Source of the DNA: Amphiscolops sp. MND2022
Taxonomy: Eukaryota
DNA length: 64,000 bases
Assembly: GCA_964187785.1 (NCBI GenBank)
Contig: OZ076420.1
Coordinates: forward strand, 2,728,001 to 2,792,000
Direction of reading: 5' to 3'
Part shown: positions 48,901 through 57,824 of the stretch, one piece after another
Layout: the number at the start of each line of letters is the position of its first letter
How positions within the stretch are numbered: position 1 is the first letter of the stretch
Made by a program: the position numbers and the translations under genes
Notes under the pieces: model-generated
What the model was told of the DNA's origin: nothing
The model's input: only the letters and a program-made list of their open reading frames with translations
Databases searched by the model: none

Positions 48901-51900
48901 CGATCAAAGTCTACAACATTTGAGAAGTCATCTTCTAGTACAGGCTGTTGATTGAAACCCGGATCAGGGAATGCTGAAAAAATAATACATTGTGGAAAAG
49001 TTCACATTGAAAATGCGAAGACAGGATTATCTAAACATACAAAATGAGGGAAGAGAATTGAAGGCAGATTCGAGGATTCCTTTCGAATGAGGAGAAACTG
49101 GCATGGAGGAGCTAGATTCAAAGTCTGTTGAATCAGGCGACGAAGGAACAGTCGAAAGATTGGATTCACTAGAGGAGCGCCTATCGCTACTTGAACCATT
49201 GCTGCTGCTTGAAGACGCTACAAAAATGGCTTGTCACAAAAACTAGATGTTAAGTTTTTTAAAAAAAACATGGATTCAATGACCTGACCTGATTCAAAAG
49301 TTATTCGGTGGTGGCCAAACGCCAGAGACGATATCCCATTGTCCAGAATGAACCGCTTGTCATCAAAACTACTTACTGCCACTTTATCAATCTCATTGGC
49401 GAGAATCTGATGACAAGGTGAACGTAACTGGGTCATCGTTTTGGTCACAGACAAAAAGGCACTCCTTAAACAAATGATGGTTCAGCGTTTTTTTCACAGT
49501 TTTCTGTACACCTTTGACACTTTGCTTCTTTCCGCCAATATAATCAATGCTGTATAACTTTGACCGCAGGCAAACCACTTCATGCAATACTTTACCATTG
49601 AGTTCATCAGTCATAGTGAGTGGCACTTTTTTTGTTGGTAGGGTCATACAGCGGATGTTCTGGCGGATAGTCGGAAAGATCCAATAAATGCTTAAAGCTT
49701 TCCATGTCTTTGTATAGATCAGATGTTTCAACCTGGTACAGTAAGGAGTCGGTATCTTTATAAGCAACTTTCAATCGATCTGAAGAGTAGCGTGGTACCA
49801 TCTCTTCATAATGAAATTTGTACAAAGACAGCTTGGACAAATCGAGAAAGGAAGCCCCAACAGGAGTAGGCTTGGTCCATAAAACAGATGAATTTTTGAA
49901 TGACACGGACAACAAATTATCATTAATTATTTGGAACGATTTAAACGTTGCGCGCTGTGCTAAAGTTTCAGCTTGCTAGGGGTTGGTAACAAACTTCATT
50001 TGAGAACGCTTTCGCAAGTTTTCCATAGTTTTCCCGAAGCAAGCATTGCTCAATACTTTGTAGAAATTCTTCTCGAAGTCATTGGTAGCTTGCTTTCGCA
50101 TAACGGTGTTCTTCTCTATGTGCACCCCCAACCATGTGCTTTGCTGGAACTCGCAAACACGATGTAACTTTGAAACTTGGAGCCCATGTTTTACATAAAA
50201 TTTCAAATTCTGATAGTGGCAAACGTAATTTTTTTATCGTATAAAGTTTCGACAAGTTTCGGCGTTTTGCTGGCCTTGATACCAAAAGAATTCGCATGAG
50301 GAGAAAGCCAAGAAGGTCGAATGCACACTTTCTCTGGGGCAAGTGGCAGGCCATTGTGACTATCGTGCAAATGAGACGGATACTTTAAATCAACCTCAAC
50401 AAAGTAACCAACATTGGAATCTTCTGGGGTCTGTAGAATTTCTGCAAGCGTGATACAAGTATTCTATTTGTAATTTCCTAAAGGCATCATTTTCTGCATT
50501 GTCCCAGCGTACAAAGAAGTCACATCAAAAAAAGCGCCAAACGTAGTCGTTTCATTGCCGTCAAAACTTTCCAAATAGGGGTTGTTTGCTTTGAAGTGTC
50601 TCAATTCGCCAACTCCATTGATACCTCCACGGATAGCCCGTTCGAAAAAAAGAAGCATGTCAATATCCTCTAATAACCCTAGTTTAACATTAGTTGAGAT
50701 AAGCATCGCTTCCCAGCTTAAATTTGGAGCTGAATACAAATGTGTAGGAGCAAGTTTGTATACACTGAGACATACACTTCTAAACTTTTCAAAGATATCA
50801 GCGAGGATAAGCACATCTGTTTTCAAGTATATGTCATGGTAGTCTCCAAGGTTGTTACAACTGAACTCTTTATAAACGTCTAGTGCGTGTTGGTAATCAG
50901 CAAAGGTTATGTCAATTTTACCAGAGAGACTGTTTCTCCATGATTCACCATATTCTGGTAAAGGCTTTTGAAACTTCGTGAAGCTATCTAAATAACTATA
51001 GGGAAAGAAACATTTGCGTGTAATCTTGCCAAATAAATTATCGGGAATACCCAAAAAATCATCTTTCAGATGCTTGAAGTCTGTTTGGGACAGTGTTCTT
51101 GCTAAACTTTCAAGACTCTGAGAAACAAATTGATAACTGTCCAAAAAACGGAGGGAATGAACCAACTTCACAATTTTCCCGCATTTCTTTTTATATGTAC
51201 CCACGGGAACATTGATACTGAAAGAAATAAAAGTTTCGTCGGTTTTTGATATAGCTGTCAAGTCTTCGGATGGCTTCAGTTTCAAATTTTTAATAATGTG
51301 ATGAGCATCATATCGGGACAAAACGTGAAAAAAATAGGGAGAAAATTTGGCAATCGGGCTCTGAGATTACATCTTGAAGGTGCAATTCCGAATACAGCTC
51401 CAGTTAAGTGTCAGTGATGTATAACACGGTCTGATCTCTCAACGTCTTTTCCACAAATAAAGCAAGTTTTCGCATTTGCTTTCTTTGCTGCTTCGGAATA
51501 TTCAGAAATCTGTAGTTTTGTTTTTCTCTATAACACCAGGAAAGCCAATTCCTCAGAGTATCTAACAACTTGGAGATAGGATCTTCGCCTCTATAGAATG
51601 ATTGCTTTGTAATTTTATTGCCTGAAACAGTAGCGTTCGTTTACGAAGCTTACACTTTCTTCACCAATTGAAAGCACACGGTATGAAGTTAGAAAAAAAG
51701 ATAACTTACTTCTGGAATCAACTAACACAGCACCATAACTTGCTGGGTACTGCCTCTCCACTTCCCGGGTTCGACTATGGGTTGCAGTTTGCATAACTGT
51801 TGAGGCTACATTAATCGCTTCGAGGTCAGCATATACCACAAACGGACACTTTTGAGTCTTCTCCCAATGAAAAAACTCAATGCTTGTTGACTCGTTAGGC

Positions 51901-54900
51901 ATTCGTATTTCCAGCGGTGCATTCGTCTCGCAAAACATAACGTGCTTCTTGAAGTTTTGTTTGACAATGGGTTGAAAGCAGTTCCGGCAAAATCGGGATT
52001 TGGGACCCTTCCCTTGCTCAAGTTTCGATCGAGTCAGGAAGTGAATCAAACTGGAAAAGTGTTTGATCAAACAGTAGTGATTGTTTTTGATGTCGACCAA
52101 CCGCAAAAGATCAGTTTTATTCCTCGCCTTCCGATTTTTTGTGTGATATACAGACACTAGCTTACTCTCCTCCAATTGGTAAACATTGATGGAACAGTCA
52201 TTTTTTCTTTCGAAGCAAGGGATTGACGTTAGAGGCATTGGCATAAGTTTCGAATTGAAATGTAGTCCCTGGATGTTTTTCCTGTGTGACTTGGGACTTG
52301 TGGCTCTTCCAACAAACGAAAACAATGCTGCCGCTATACGGTACAAAAAGCAGAAATTGTCCCGTTTGTTAACGATATTTAAAATGGTTCGGGTCAATGG
52401 CTTTAGGAGCGCAGAGGTGTTTCAATGTATGAAGCACCAGTTGCGTTACTGCACGACACTGTTTTGATTTCCAATCGCTTCAAGGACTGTACCACCCAAC
52501 CGGAGCCTCCAGTAGCAAAGACATTCAACTGACTCATCAATGCATCAACATGTTCATGGTATTCATCATCCGTGAAGGCACATGCGATTCTGGACATTGG
52601 TGAATTGAAAAAGCCTCAGTAACTTCGCTCTTAAAAGGTTTCTTCAATTTGACACTGATCGTTATCCCCAGCTTAACATTTGGTGTTTCTTTCAAAAGAT
52701 TGTTCACGAATCCAATAACTCGATCTTTGTGAGGAACCAAATAGTTGAATGGCTCCAATGCTCTATCACTCTCCAACTTGACGCGATGAATAAGGAATTT
52801 CGAACTTATTGCTTTAGTCGTGAATTCAAGCAAGCTAGAGACATCAATCGTATTCGAGTGAGGGGTTTTTGTTTCACCATGGAAAACTTCGTTGTGATCT
52901 ACGAGTGCAGCTTCGTTCCCAAAATATGTGAGACAGGAGAAGCAACGTACACTGTTATTTGAATTGTGTTGTTTCCTGATGTGTCTCAATAAGTTGGAGC
53001 TAATTGTAAAGCTCGCATCACATTCACCACATCGGAATATCTTCGCATTGGAATTGCTTTGACTATCGTGTTTTTTTTTTCGCATGTGATCTTTCAAAGC
53101 CCGTTCCGAGCCAAAAAGTTTAGCACATTGGGTGCAAGAAAAGATGGTGAAATTCGTTCTTTTAGTTCATAAACAGGTAAAAAGTCGTGGTCCGTTTATT
53201 TCACTACAAAAAAAATCAGCACGGAAAAAACAGCACTTTGTATTTTGGGACCACAGCTTTTTACGGTGCTGGGTCACGTTTTCCGATATTATAGAATTCA
53301 AATTAAAATATAACAGAGCGTCGCAATAGTACTATGGAAAGTGAATTTGAATTGAGGCTCAGTTCATTAGGTGAGAAAGTCGAATTATCGGATTGAAAAT
53401 TATCGGATTGACCAAGTCAGAATTTGATAGCCTACTTTCACTCTGTTAGTTTTGTTCACTTTCCGATTTCGGTACCGAAACTACCGTTAAAAGTTTGCAC
53501 AACAAAGTAATTGTGACTACGGATGACAGTTGGTTTGCATAGGATTTGATAATCTATATTTGGTTCAAATTGTACTTCGAACTCTCTGACTAAGATGAAT
53601 TTCGGTTTGGGATCGAAAAATTACACTTAGTGGTTTGGGATCAAAAAATTGCAGATGGTGGTTTGGGATCGAAAAATTGCAGTAAACCCCCCTTCTCTTA
53701 CTACTAGCGTGCGTTCAGAATCTTGATTCCAAAAATTAGACAATCAAAAGTGACAAAATAGAAAAATAGAATTCAAGATTATATAGATAATATTAAATGA
53801 TGAGATAATATTACGACAATATAATGCTAAAGGAGAGGGGAAAAGGTTGGAAATGCTGCTTCCCGTAGCGCCGCAAACTTTCAATCCTATTTACCACCGG
53901 TATACGAGCAGTTGTCTGCTGAGGCATCACTAAAATTGAATGTAGATTCGGGAAATTTAGAAAATTTAATCTTATTGGTTCGAGAATTTGATTGAATGTC
54001 GTTTTGCAAATTTTCAGCGTCCTACACGGCAAAGCAAGGGTTTATCTACACGAACCGAGTTTATCCAGCTTGGGAGACGTGGAGAATCCCTTCATGCCCT
54101 TCTCGACGAGAAAGGCGGAGATGCTGTGCTGGGGCTTGGAGTCCTGGTGGGCAGCAGTCTTGGCGTAGACGACGAGGACATCTGCGTCGGATCCATTGGT
54201 GATCCAGAACTTGGTGCCGTTCAGCAGGTAGCTCCTCCCGTCCGGCTGCAACTGGGCAGTCAACTTCATGCTGACCACGTCAGAGCCCGCGTTCGCTTCA
54301 CTCATCGCCAGTGCACCCACGTGTTCGCCTACAAGGGGAAGGGAGGGGGTTGTAGCAATAGATTATTTTTAGTCGGCGCTTTTCTTTAGAAAAGAGTCGA
54401 CTATAGTCATGGCTTTTCGTCAGTGTTTTTTTTAAGACCTGCTGAACTGACCAAAATAGTTCTACCAAAAGTTCTACAAAATTTTCAGAAGAAGCCAAAA
54501 TGTACCTGTTGGCCCAAGGAACTGAACCAGAAAGGTTTCGCGCGTAACATACAATACCGGACGAGACCAAAGGGTCCATTTTTTCGGCACTGTGCGACTT
54601 GTTTCAAAAAACTTTTTTCCCCACGAAAGGCCCCCCTTCAATTTTTTTGGAGTTTTGCAACAAAATGGATGTTGAAAAATCCCAAAGGGTCCTCCCTTTC
54701 AGTTTTTTTTCGGCATTGTGAGACTTTTTTCAATTTTTTTCATAAAAGTAGTCCCAATTCAGCAATGATTGGAAATTTTGAAGTCCTTTTGCTATTTTTG
54801 AGCCTTGGATTTGGCGCCGACTTAGACCGTTCCCGGCTTGTTTATTCAACAAAAAACAATTATATGAAATCAGTATTTACAATCATCGTGTACAGACAAA

Positions 54901-57824
54901 AGCGCCCATTTTACACAGTCATATGCGCCCCAATGCAAAACGTCTTACTAATTTTTGAGTTGATTTCACCGCCTCTAATTAAGCGTAATTGAAGGTGTTC
55001 AAAGACAAGATTGACTCACTGGTATTGCCAGATTTCACATTCTCACACCTAACATATCTCAATTGAAAACGACTTAAACTGCTAATTGGTGGTGGAAACG
55101 AGTCAGCAAATCCTCTGTAGTTTTTGATTGGGGCGCTTTTGTCTGGTAACCAGAATGATACATCGTCGGAAATATAAATGTTGGAATTGAACTAAAATAG
55201 TAGTAGACATAATCATAGTAATCCATCTACTCATAGTATGTCTATCATGGTATGTATAGTATGTCTACTATAAATTATTAATTGATAACCACTAGAATAA
55301 ATTGAATATTGTTAGGAGCATTAGGTAAATTTTCATTTGACTTTCATTTACTCTGACCGGAAGCATAGTTTAATCATTCAAAGCTCCCTGTCGAACGGAG
55401 CGGCCAATCACAATTAGGAATTCTATTCGGTTCTGGTAAAAAAAATAATCTGAATTATAACCGTTCAGCTATACAACCTACCACGAATGGAGAACGATGG
55501 TGTTCGCCTAGAAGCGAGGAGTTTTGTGGCAAAAAGTCGGAATTATTTCAAATCAGGGTCCTGCCGAAGGCTCCAAAAGTGCGAATTTCTGAAGAAACTT
55601 TGCCAGAAATGGAGACCAAAAAGAAGACCCTTTGGTCTATGTAGCTTTGTATTTCGAGTAACAAGCCGGGAACGGCACTCTCATAGGAATCTTCCGCGGA
55701 ATTTTGTTCATCATGAAAGACTGGCTACAGCAGCGTTCTAAAATATCGCAACTCCATTACTCAAAATGACAAAACTCAAAACCAAATTTGTGAGTTTTCA
55801 AGACATTCGGATTAGAAATTTCCAATTTTCAGCAATGGAGTTGCTATATTCTAGAACGCTGTAACTTCCTATACTAAAGCAATAGTAGTTGAATTATGAC
55901 AATCCCAAGTGGGTGCATATCAATTTTTATGACCATTTTTATTTCAATAAAAGTCGGTGTTTTCATCACAGTTTTGACATCGCTCAATTCCCGCTATATC
56001 CTTTTCGCTAAACCGCTAACTTCAAAATCGCTATTTTTCAAATAATTAAATGTTTGAATTCAAGTATGCTTCAAAATGATAACTTAACTCAAAGAAAAAT
56101 TTCTCAGATTGTGTGAGTTTTACGAGTGTAGGAATTGGAATTTTTCGAAATTCATTTTGAAACTCAGTGTATTTTCGAAGTTGCCGCTAATTTGAATCGC
56201 TAATAAAATCGCTGGAAAATTCCGCGCAGCCGCAAAATGGCTGACTAGCGGTGTGAAAACTCTGGTTTTGATCTATAACAAGCCGGGAACGCCCAAGTCG
56301 GCGCCATATCTAAGGCTCAAAAAGACTCGAAAACGAAAACCACTGTTTCTACAACTGGAGACAACAAAAGCTCTCAAAAAACTAAAAATTGAAAAAAAAA
56401 TTCCGATTTTTTTCGAAATTTTTTTGAACTTTCCGGTAAGTCGCATAGTGCCGAAAAATGTAAAAGGGGGACGCTTTGAGATTTTTTGAACATCCATTCT
56501 GTTGCAAAATATCAAAAATTGATGGGAGGAACAATAAAAAAATTCGGAAAAAAAATCAGTCTCGCAGTGCCGAAAAAGGGGGAAAGTCTCATAGTGTCGA
56601 AAAAAATGGACCCTTCTGCTTTGGAATGGCTTTTTATCTCATGTTAGAGGCTCTGGATGCGTTGAAAATGAAGTACTAAGTACATATGGTAAAAGTTGGT
56701 AAATGTGCATTAATGCACAAAAAGTGGACGTTTCGCGTTGAACTGACCAAAAAAAACTAGCCACTGTAAGAGTCGGGATTTTCTTCGAGAACGCCGACTA
56801 AAAACTATTCAAACCTGAAATAAGTTTGGGCAAGTATTTCTGTTTCTGTTGCTCGTTGCCGTGTCTCACGATCTGGTTGACACACAGGTTGGAATGGGCC
56901 CCGTAGCTGAGAGCAATGCCGGCACTGGCTCTCGAGAGTTCTTCCATGGCAATGCAATGTTCCAAGTAGCCCAGTTGTGACCCTCCATATTGCTCCGGAG
57001 CAGTGATGCCCAGAAGTCCGAGACTGCCCAGTTTCTGCCAGAAGTCTCGCAGCTCCGGGAAATTGTTTTCCTGTACAGATTTGACATGGCTAGTGAAGAA
57101 ACATTCATTTGCGCTAAAATTGTTGCTTATAATCGAAGTACACCAGGGTAGCAAAAGCTTAAAACAGCCGATTTGGCTAACTAAAATTTTCAAAGCGCCA
57201 AATCTTTTATTATATTAATTTTACAAAAATATATCGGGAGCAAAAGTCACCAACACTTTTGATCAGCTATTCAAAGGTATTTCGTGTTTTGAAATCGCAT
57301 CAAAATTAGAAAAATTATATCACATTGTACAGTACTGTAGGCTTTTTTAGGCTCCATTTTCTCGAAATTTCAAAAACTCTCATTTCAAAAACACGAGGCT
57401 CAAAAAGTCGTCATTGAAAAAGGAAGAATTACTGTCTCAAGAATCTCAACAATGCCTAACAGCAGACAAAGCTGGTTCTGGTCCTACGTAAAAGATAGAA
57501 GACATCTCCGCAAATTTCAACCATGTATCCACTTTCAACCGCTGATGACTAAAATATATTCACACGATGTCAAATCTTGGTTTCCTTGTCGATCCTATCT
57601 GCAATTGGCGCCAATTCTTCCTGGGCGAACTTGGACACAGAGCGTCTGAGTTGGATTTGGTCAGAATTCAGGCCATAGAGCCGATCATCAATTTCTGTGG
57701 CTGTGTGGTAGTTAAGTCTCTGCGCCGCGGGTAAAGCCGAAAAGACGACGTTCTTTCGGATAGCGCTGCAGGTATACTTCAATGTCCAAGCCAAAGACGA
57801 AGACATTGCATGTCTGAAATGCAT
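27783..57824 (-). CDS. IVD: Isovaleryl-CoA dehydrogenase, mitochondrial; 6 exons (57824-57585, 57070-56815, 54328-54056, 35252-35013, 32094-31934, 27923-27783), about 436 aa
   Basis: Joined translation matches the acyl-CoA dehydrogenase IVD throughout: [113 protein letters not shown]. All phases are consistent (1311 nt). Confidence 0.95.
29941..30546 (-). mobile_element. Family M copy
   Basis: Both ends present. Confidence 0.75.
31167..31769 (-). mobile_element. Family M copy nested in a T-run of another repeat
   Basis: The flanks rejoin into the repeat seen uninterrupted at about 14990-15075. Confidence 0.8.
31835..31895 (+). repeat. tRNA-derived SINE head
   Basis: TGGCGCAGTTGG...GGTTCGAACCC; similar B-box remnants at about 7550 and 58725 (minus strand). 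Confidence 0.55.
31934..32094 (-). CDS. IVD: IVD exon 5
   Basis: [10 protein letters not shown]...ALDTIQ; donor CAG|GCTTGT (GC). Confidence 0.95.
34529..34900 (+). pseudogene. BEL/Pao LTR-retrotransposon pol fragment
   Basis: [37 protein letters not shown], the Pao RT-RNaseH connection motif. Confidence 0.8.
35013..35252 (-). CDS. IVD: IVD exon 4
   Basis: [15 protein letters not shown]...GHFQFMQG. Confidence 0.95.
36046..38907 (-). CDS. LINE ORF2: AP endonuclease plus reverse transcriptase
   Basis: QYNARS, ICETW, GGVLIA, GDFN, SNHEP (APE); [23 protein letters not shown] (RT). The frame is open from directly after the ORF1 stop. Confidence 0.97.
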   Translation of the reverse strand, partial: LGLSDQLFSVLQYNARSIINKEKRISLSNYACMKDPDIIMICETWLTKFFNDEELYLPQYDLFRSERLPNKDGNSLHGGVLIALKKRYTGRKITLPTKYLGACTACTFTFDSSTILLINCYFPPSESEYILSPSVITELFNIFATTKHDALIMTGDFNYSDIDWRDLSYQNESQKLLLNFAEKMNLDQKVTFNTTVSGIYDLFFISRKIEVQDIRIAEEIVGVKSNHEPLWSVFTVRGHGNKFKPENSSEFLSYCKADYLRMEELIIQNPFETFCWSNIDHLVEMWYKWIRGIIRETTPLRTKHRSNLPPWVTSSTSHLIKKLNTAKKQNSKSKIEKLDKVVSLALVNDQKSYEEHLSDGRNTNRLFKFYRQLNRSSLPSSMFLANETHTTNLGKASLFAKFFSSVYFESTKFNPDQEIPECQFPIITKLEVNLEEICQICDSLNISKSKGPDLLPPIVFAKCSNSLSKSVYQLISKSLQLAKFPTSWKISVVSPIHKKGNKCDVTNYRPVSLLCIISKIMEIFLFMKLYEHYQDQLHNSQFGFRKGRSSSLNLLVYLDEIYRALTEKQQISVVYTDFEKAFDRVDHGLLLQKLFRTGIRGKLLSLLDSYLQNRFQIVKVDDATSQPFPATSGVAQGGILSSLFFNIFINDLPHICRFTWAILYADDAKFICLNLTLLEKQEELNNIFIWSVDNFINFNLDKCGQLCFKNENHDQLTFGGAPLQSKDQETDLGVIITKSLSWVPHFKSRAEKAYRVFYMIKRNSPSLSSQHKLNLYKSMILPILTHSSIILPLNVECMRILERVQKKVCNWIIPDSSYKDCLIKLNILPVPFYFQLLDLLYLSKILTQNINYDFSDKFNYYNEYTYHTRLEPYRFLQESRPKPATAEQNFWFRAKRLAMQLPSPIDIREYDTLKPKLLYWMWREFLETFDELNTCTWRMKCDCVAKNCRLLNN
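38908..39750 (-). CDS. LINE ORF1 (coiled coil plus RRM/CTD-like RNA chaperone), 280 aa
   Basis: Duplicated heptad [14 protein letters not shown]; RLGK...RPRTLLVKF...VFISKSLS pattern typical of LINE ORF1. Confidence 0.85.
   Translation of the reverse strand: MGERGRLASADSSYYPTLDEVLSSTDDDLNKYLNKTVKGNVVSLFKELINRYRDNGTIKTEIGEMKQSLAKVVEEVQQLKEQPPPSKATYSEITQSLAKVVEEVQQLKQPVPTKVTNNEVTHNEVNINERSIELRVSGIPEFKSSHSKPNRSEQIDYEEKSIASIVKYLECEDDCIKSFHRLGKYQPNTTRPRTLLVKFKTELVVNKILARANKLRFYEGDGIQDKYKVFISKSLSKTEQELENKLLKKRRELINEGNQPSTLRIRSFELFLNDRRVDLN
41800..41908 (+). repeat. Polinton left TIR
   Basis: Inverted match to 53597-53705 (about 8 mismatches by eye); three internal copies of ttt(c)gatcccaaacc. Confidence 0.95.
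43373..43933 (+). pseudogene. Polinton accessory ORF: N-terminal PLA2-like motif and C-terminal hydrophobic helices (possibly two fused small genes)
   Basis: GGDIGPA...[12 protein letters not shown] resembles the viral PLA2 G-P-x loop plus HDxxY; the stop overlaps the ATPase ATG (ATGA). Confidence 0.4.
43930..44643 (+). pseudogene. A32/FtsK-like DNA packaging ATPase with two in-frame stops (44161, 44452)
   Basis: Walker A GPAGCGKT, Walker [26 protein letters not shown]. Confidence 0.92.
44640..45410 (+). pseudogene. Polinton small basic/core-like ORF remnants
   Basis: Basic then amphipathic tail [27 protein letters not shown], followed by an interrupted ORF (to about 45410); position after the ATPase is typical of Polintons. 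Confidence 0.4.
45411..46154 (+). pseudogene. Minor capsid protein (penton, single jelly-roll), N-terminally truncated and frameshifted
   Basis: [24 protein letters not shown]...[25 protein letters not shown], typical Polinton mCP motifs. Confidence 0.85.
46260..46556 (+). pseudogene. Small Gly-rich virion/core protein precursor
   Basis: [17 protein letters not shown]...AIPVIKKY...GKNLL, like the conserved small ORF between penton and MCP; a candidate adenain substrate. Confidence 0.55.
46847..48115 (+). pseudogene. Major capsid protein (double jelly-roll), with stops and frameshifts
   Basis: [54 protein letters not shown]; stop near 46955 and frameshifts near 47690 and 48010. Confidence 0.9.
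48144..48622 (+). pseudogene. Adenain-like (Ulp1 family) cysteine protease, frameshifted
   Basis: Catalytic pattern GRHW...WDCLG...Q..SNLCGLYC. Confidence 0.88.
49218..53140 (-). pseudogene. Protein-primed family B DNA polymerase with N-terminal C2H2 fingers and an EndoVII-like Zn motif; fragmented
   Basis: YDAHHII, FLDSYQF, YLKTDV (exo); [31 protein letters not shown]...FGH (pol); CFICG..H*HLTG..CNL. Confidence 0.95.
53597..53705 (-). repeat. Polinton right TIR
   Basis: Reverse complement of the left TIR. Confidence 0.95.
54056..54328 (-). CDS. IVD: IVD exon 3
   Basis: [21 protein letters not shown]...KLDKLG. Confidence 0.95.
54366..54842 (-). mobile_element. Family M copy at the 3' end of IVD intron 2
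   Basis: Both ends present. Confidence 0.75.
56277..56804 (+). mobile_element. Family M copy at the 5' end of IVD intron 2
   Basis: Both ends present; inverted relative to 54366-54842. Confidence 0.75.
56815..57070 (-). CDS. IVD: IVD exon 2
   Basis: [15 protein letters not shown]...KYLPKLISG; acceptor gtacag|, donor G|GTTTGA. Confidence 0.95.
57585..57824 (-). CDS. IVD: IVD exon 1 (transit peptide to RIDK)
   Basis: [35 protein letters not shown]; donor AAG|GAAACC is non-canonical. Confidence 0.9.

Larger units (their letters stand above)
41800..53705. mobile_element. Polinton/Maverick (adintovirus-like) endogenous viral element, 11.9 kb, degraded
   Basis: Termini 5'-AGTAGT...ACTACT-3', 109-bp TIRs, perfect 6-bp TSD AGCGTG (41794-41799 and 53706-53711); hallmark pPolB, ATPase, MCP, penton and protease remnants. 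Confidence 0.96.

Noticed and set aside
41800-53705. Intact, active virus
   Set aside because: The ATPase, MCP, penton, protease and PolB all carry stops or frameshifts, and the integrase is missing.
35253-54055. Terminal clasp in the 18.8-kb IVD intron 3
   Set aside because: The best match is about 6 bp, which is background level. Recorded as an exception to the clasp model.
54423-54992. Phe/Lys-rich ORFs inside family M repeats (also 35449..35931, 30162..30440)
   Set aside because: They are chance ORFs in low-complexity non-coding repeats.
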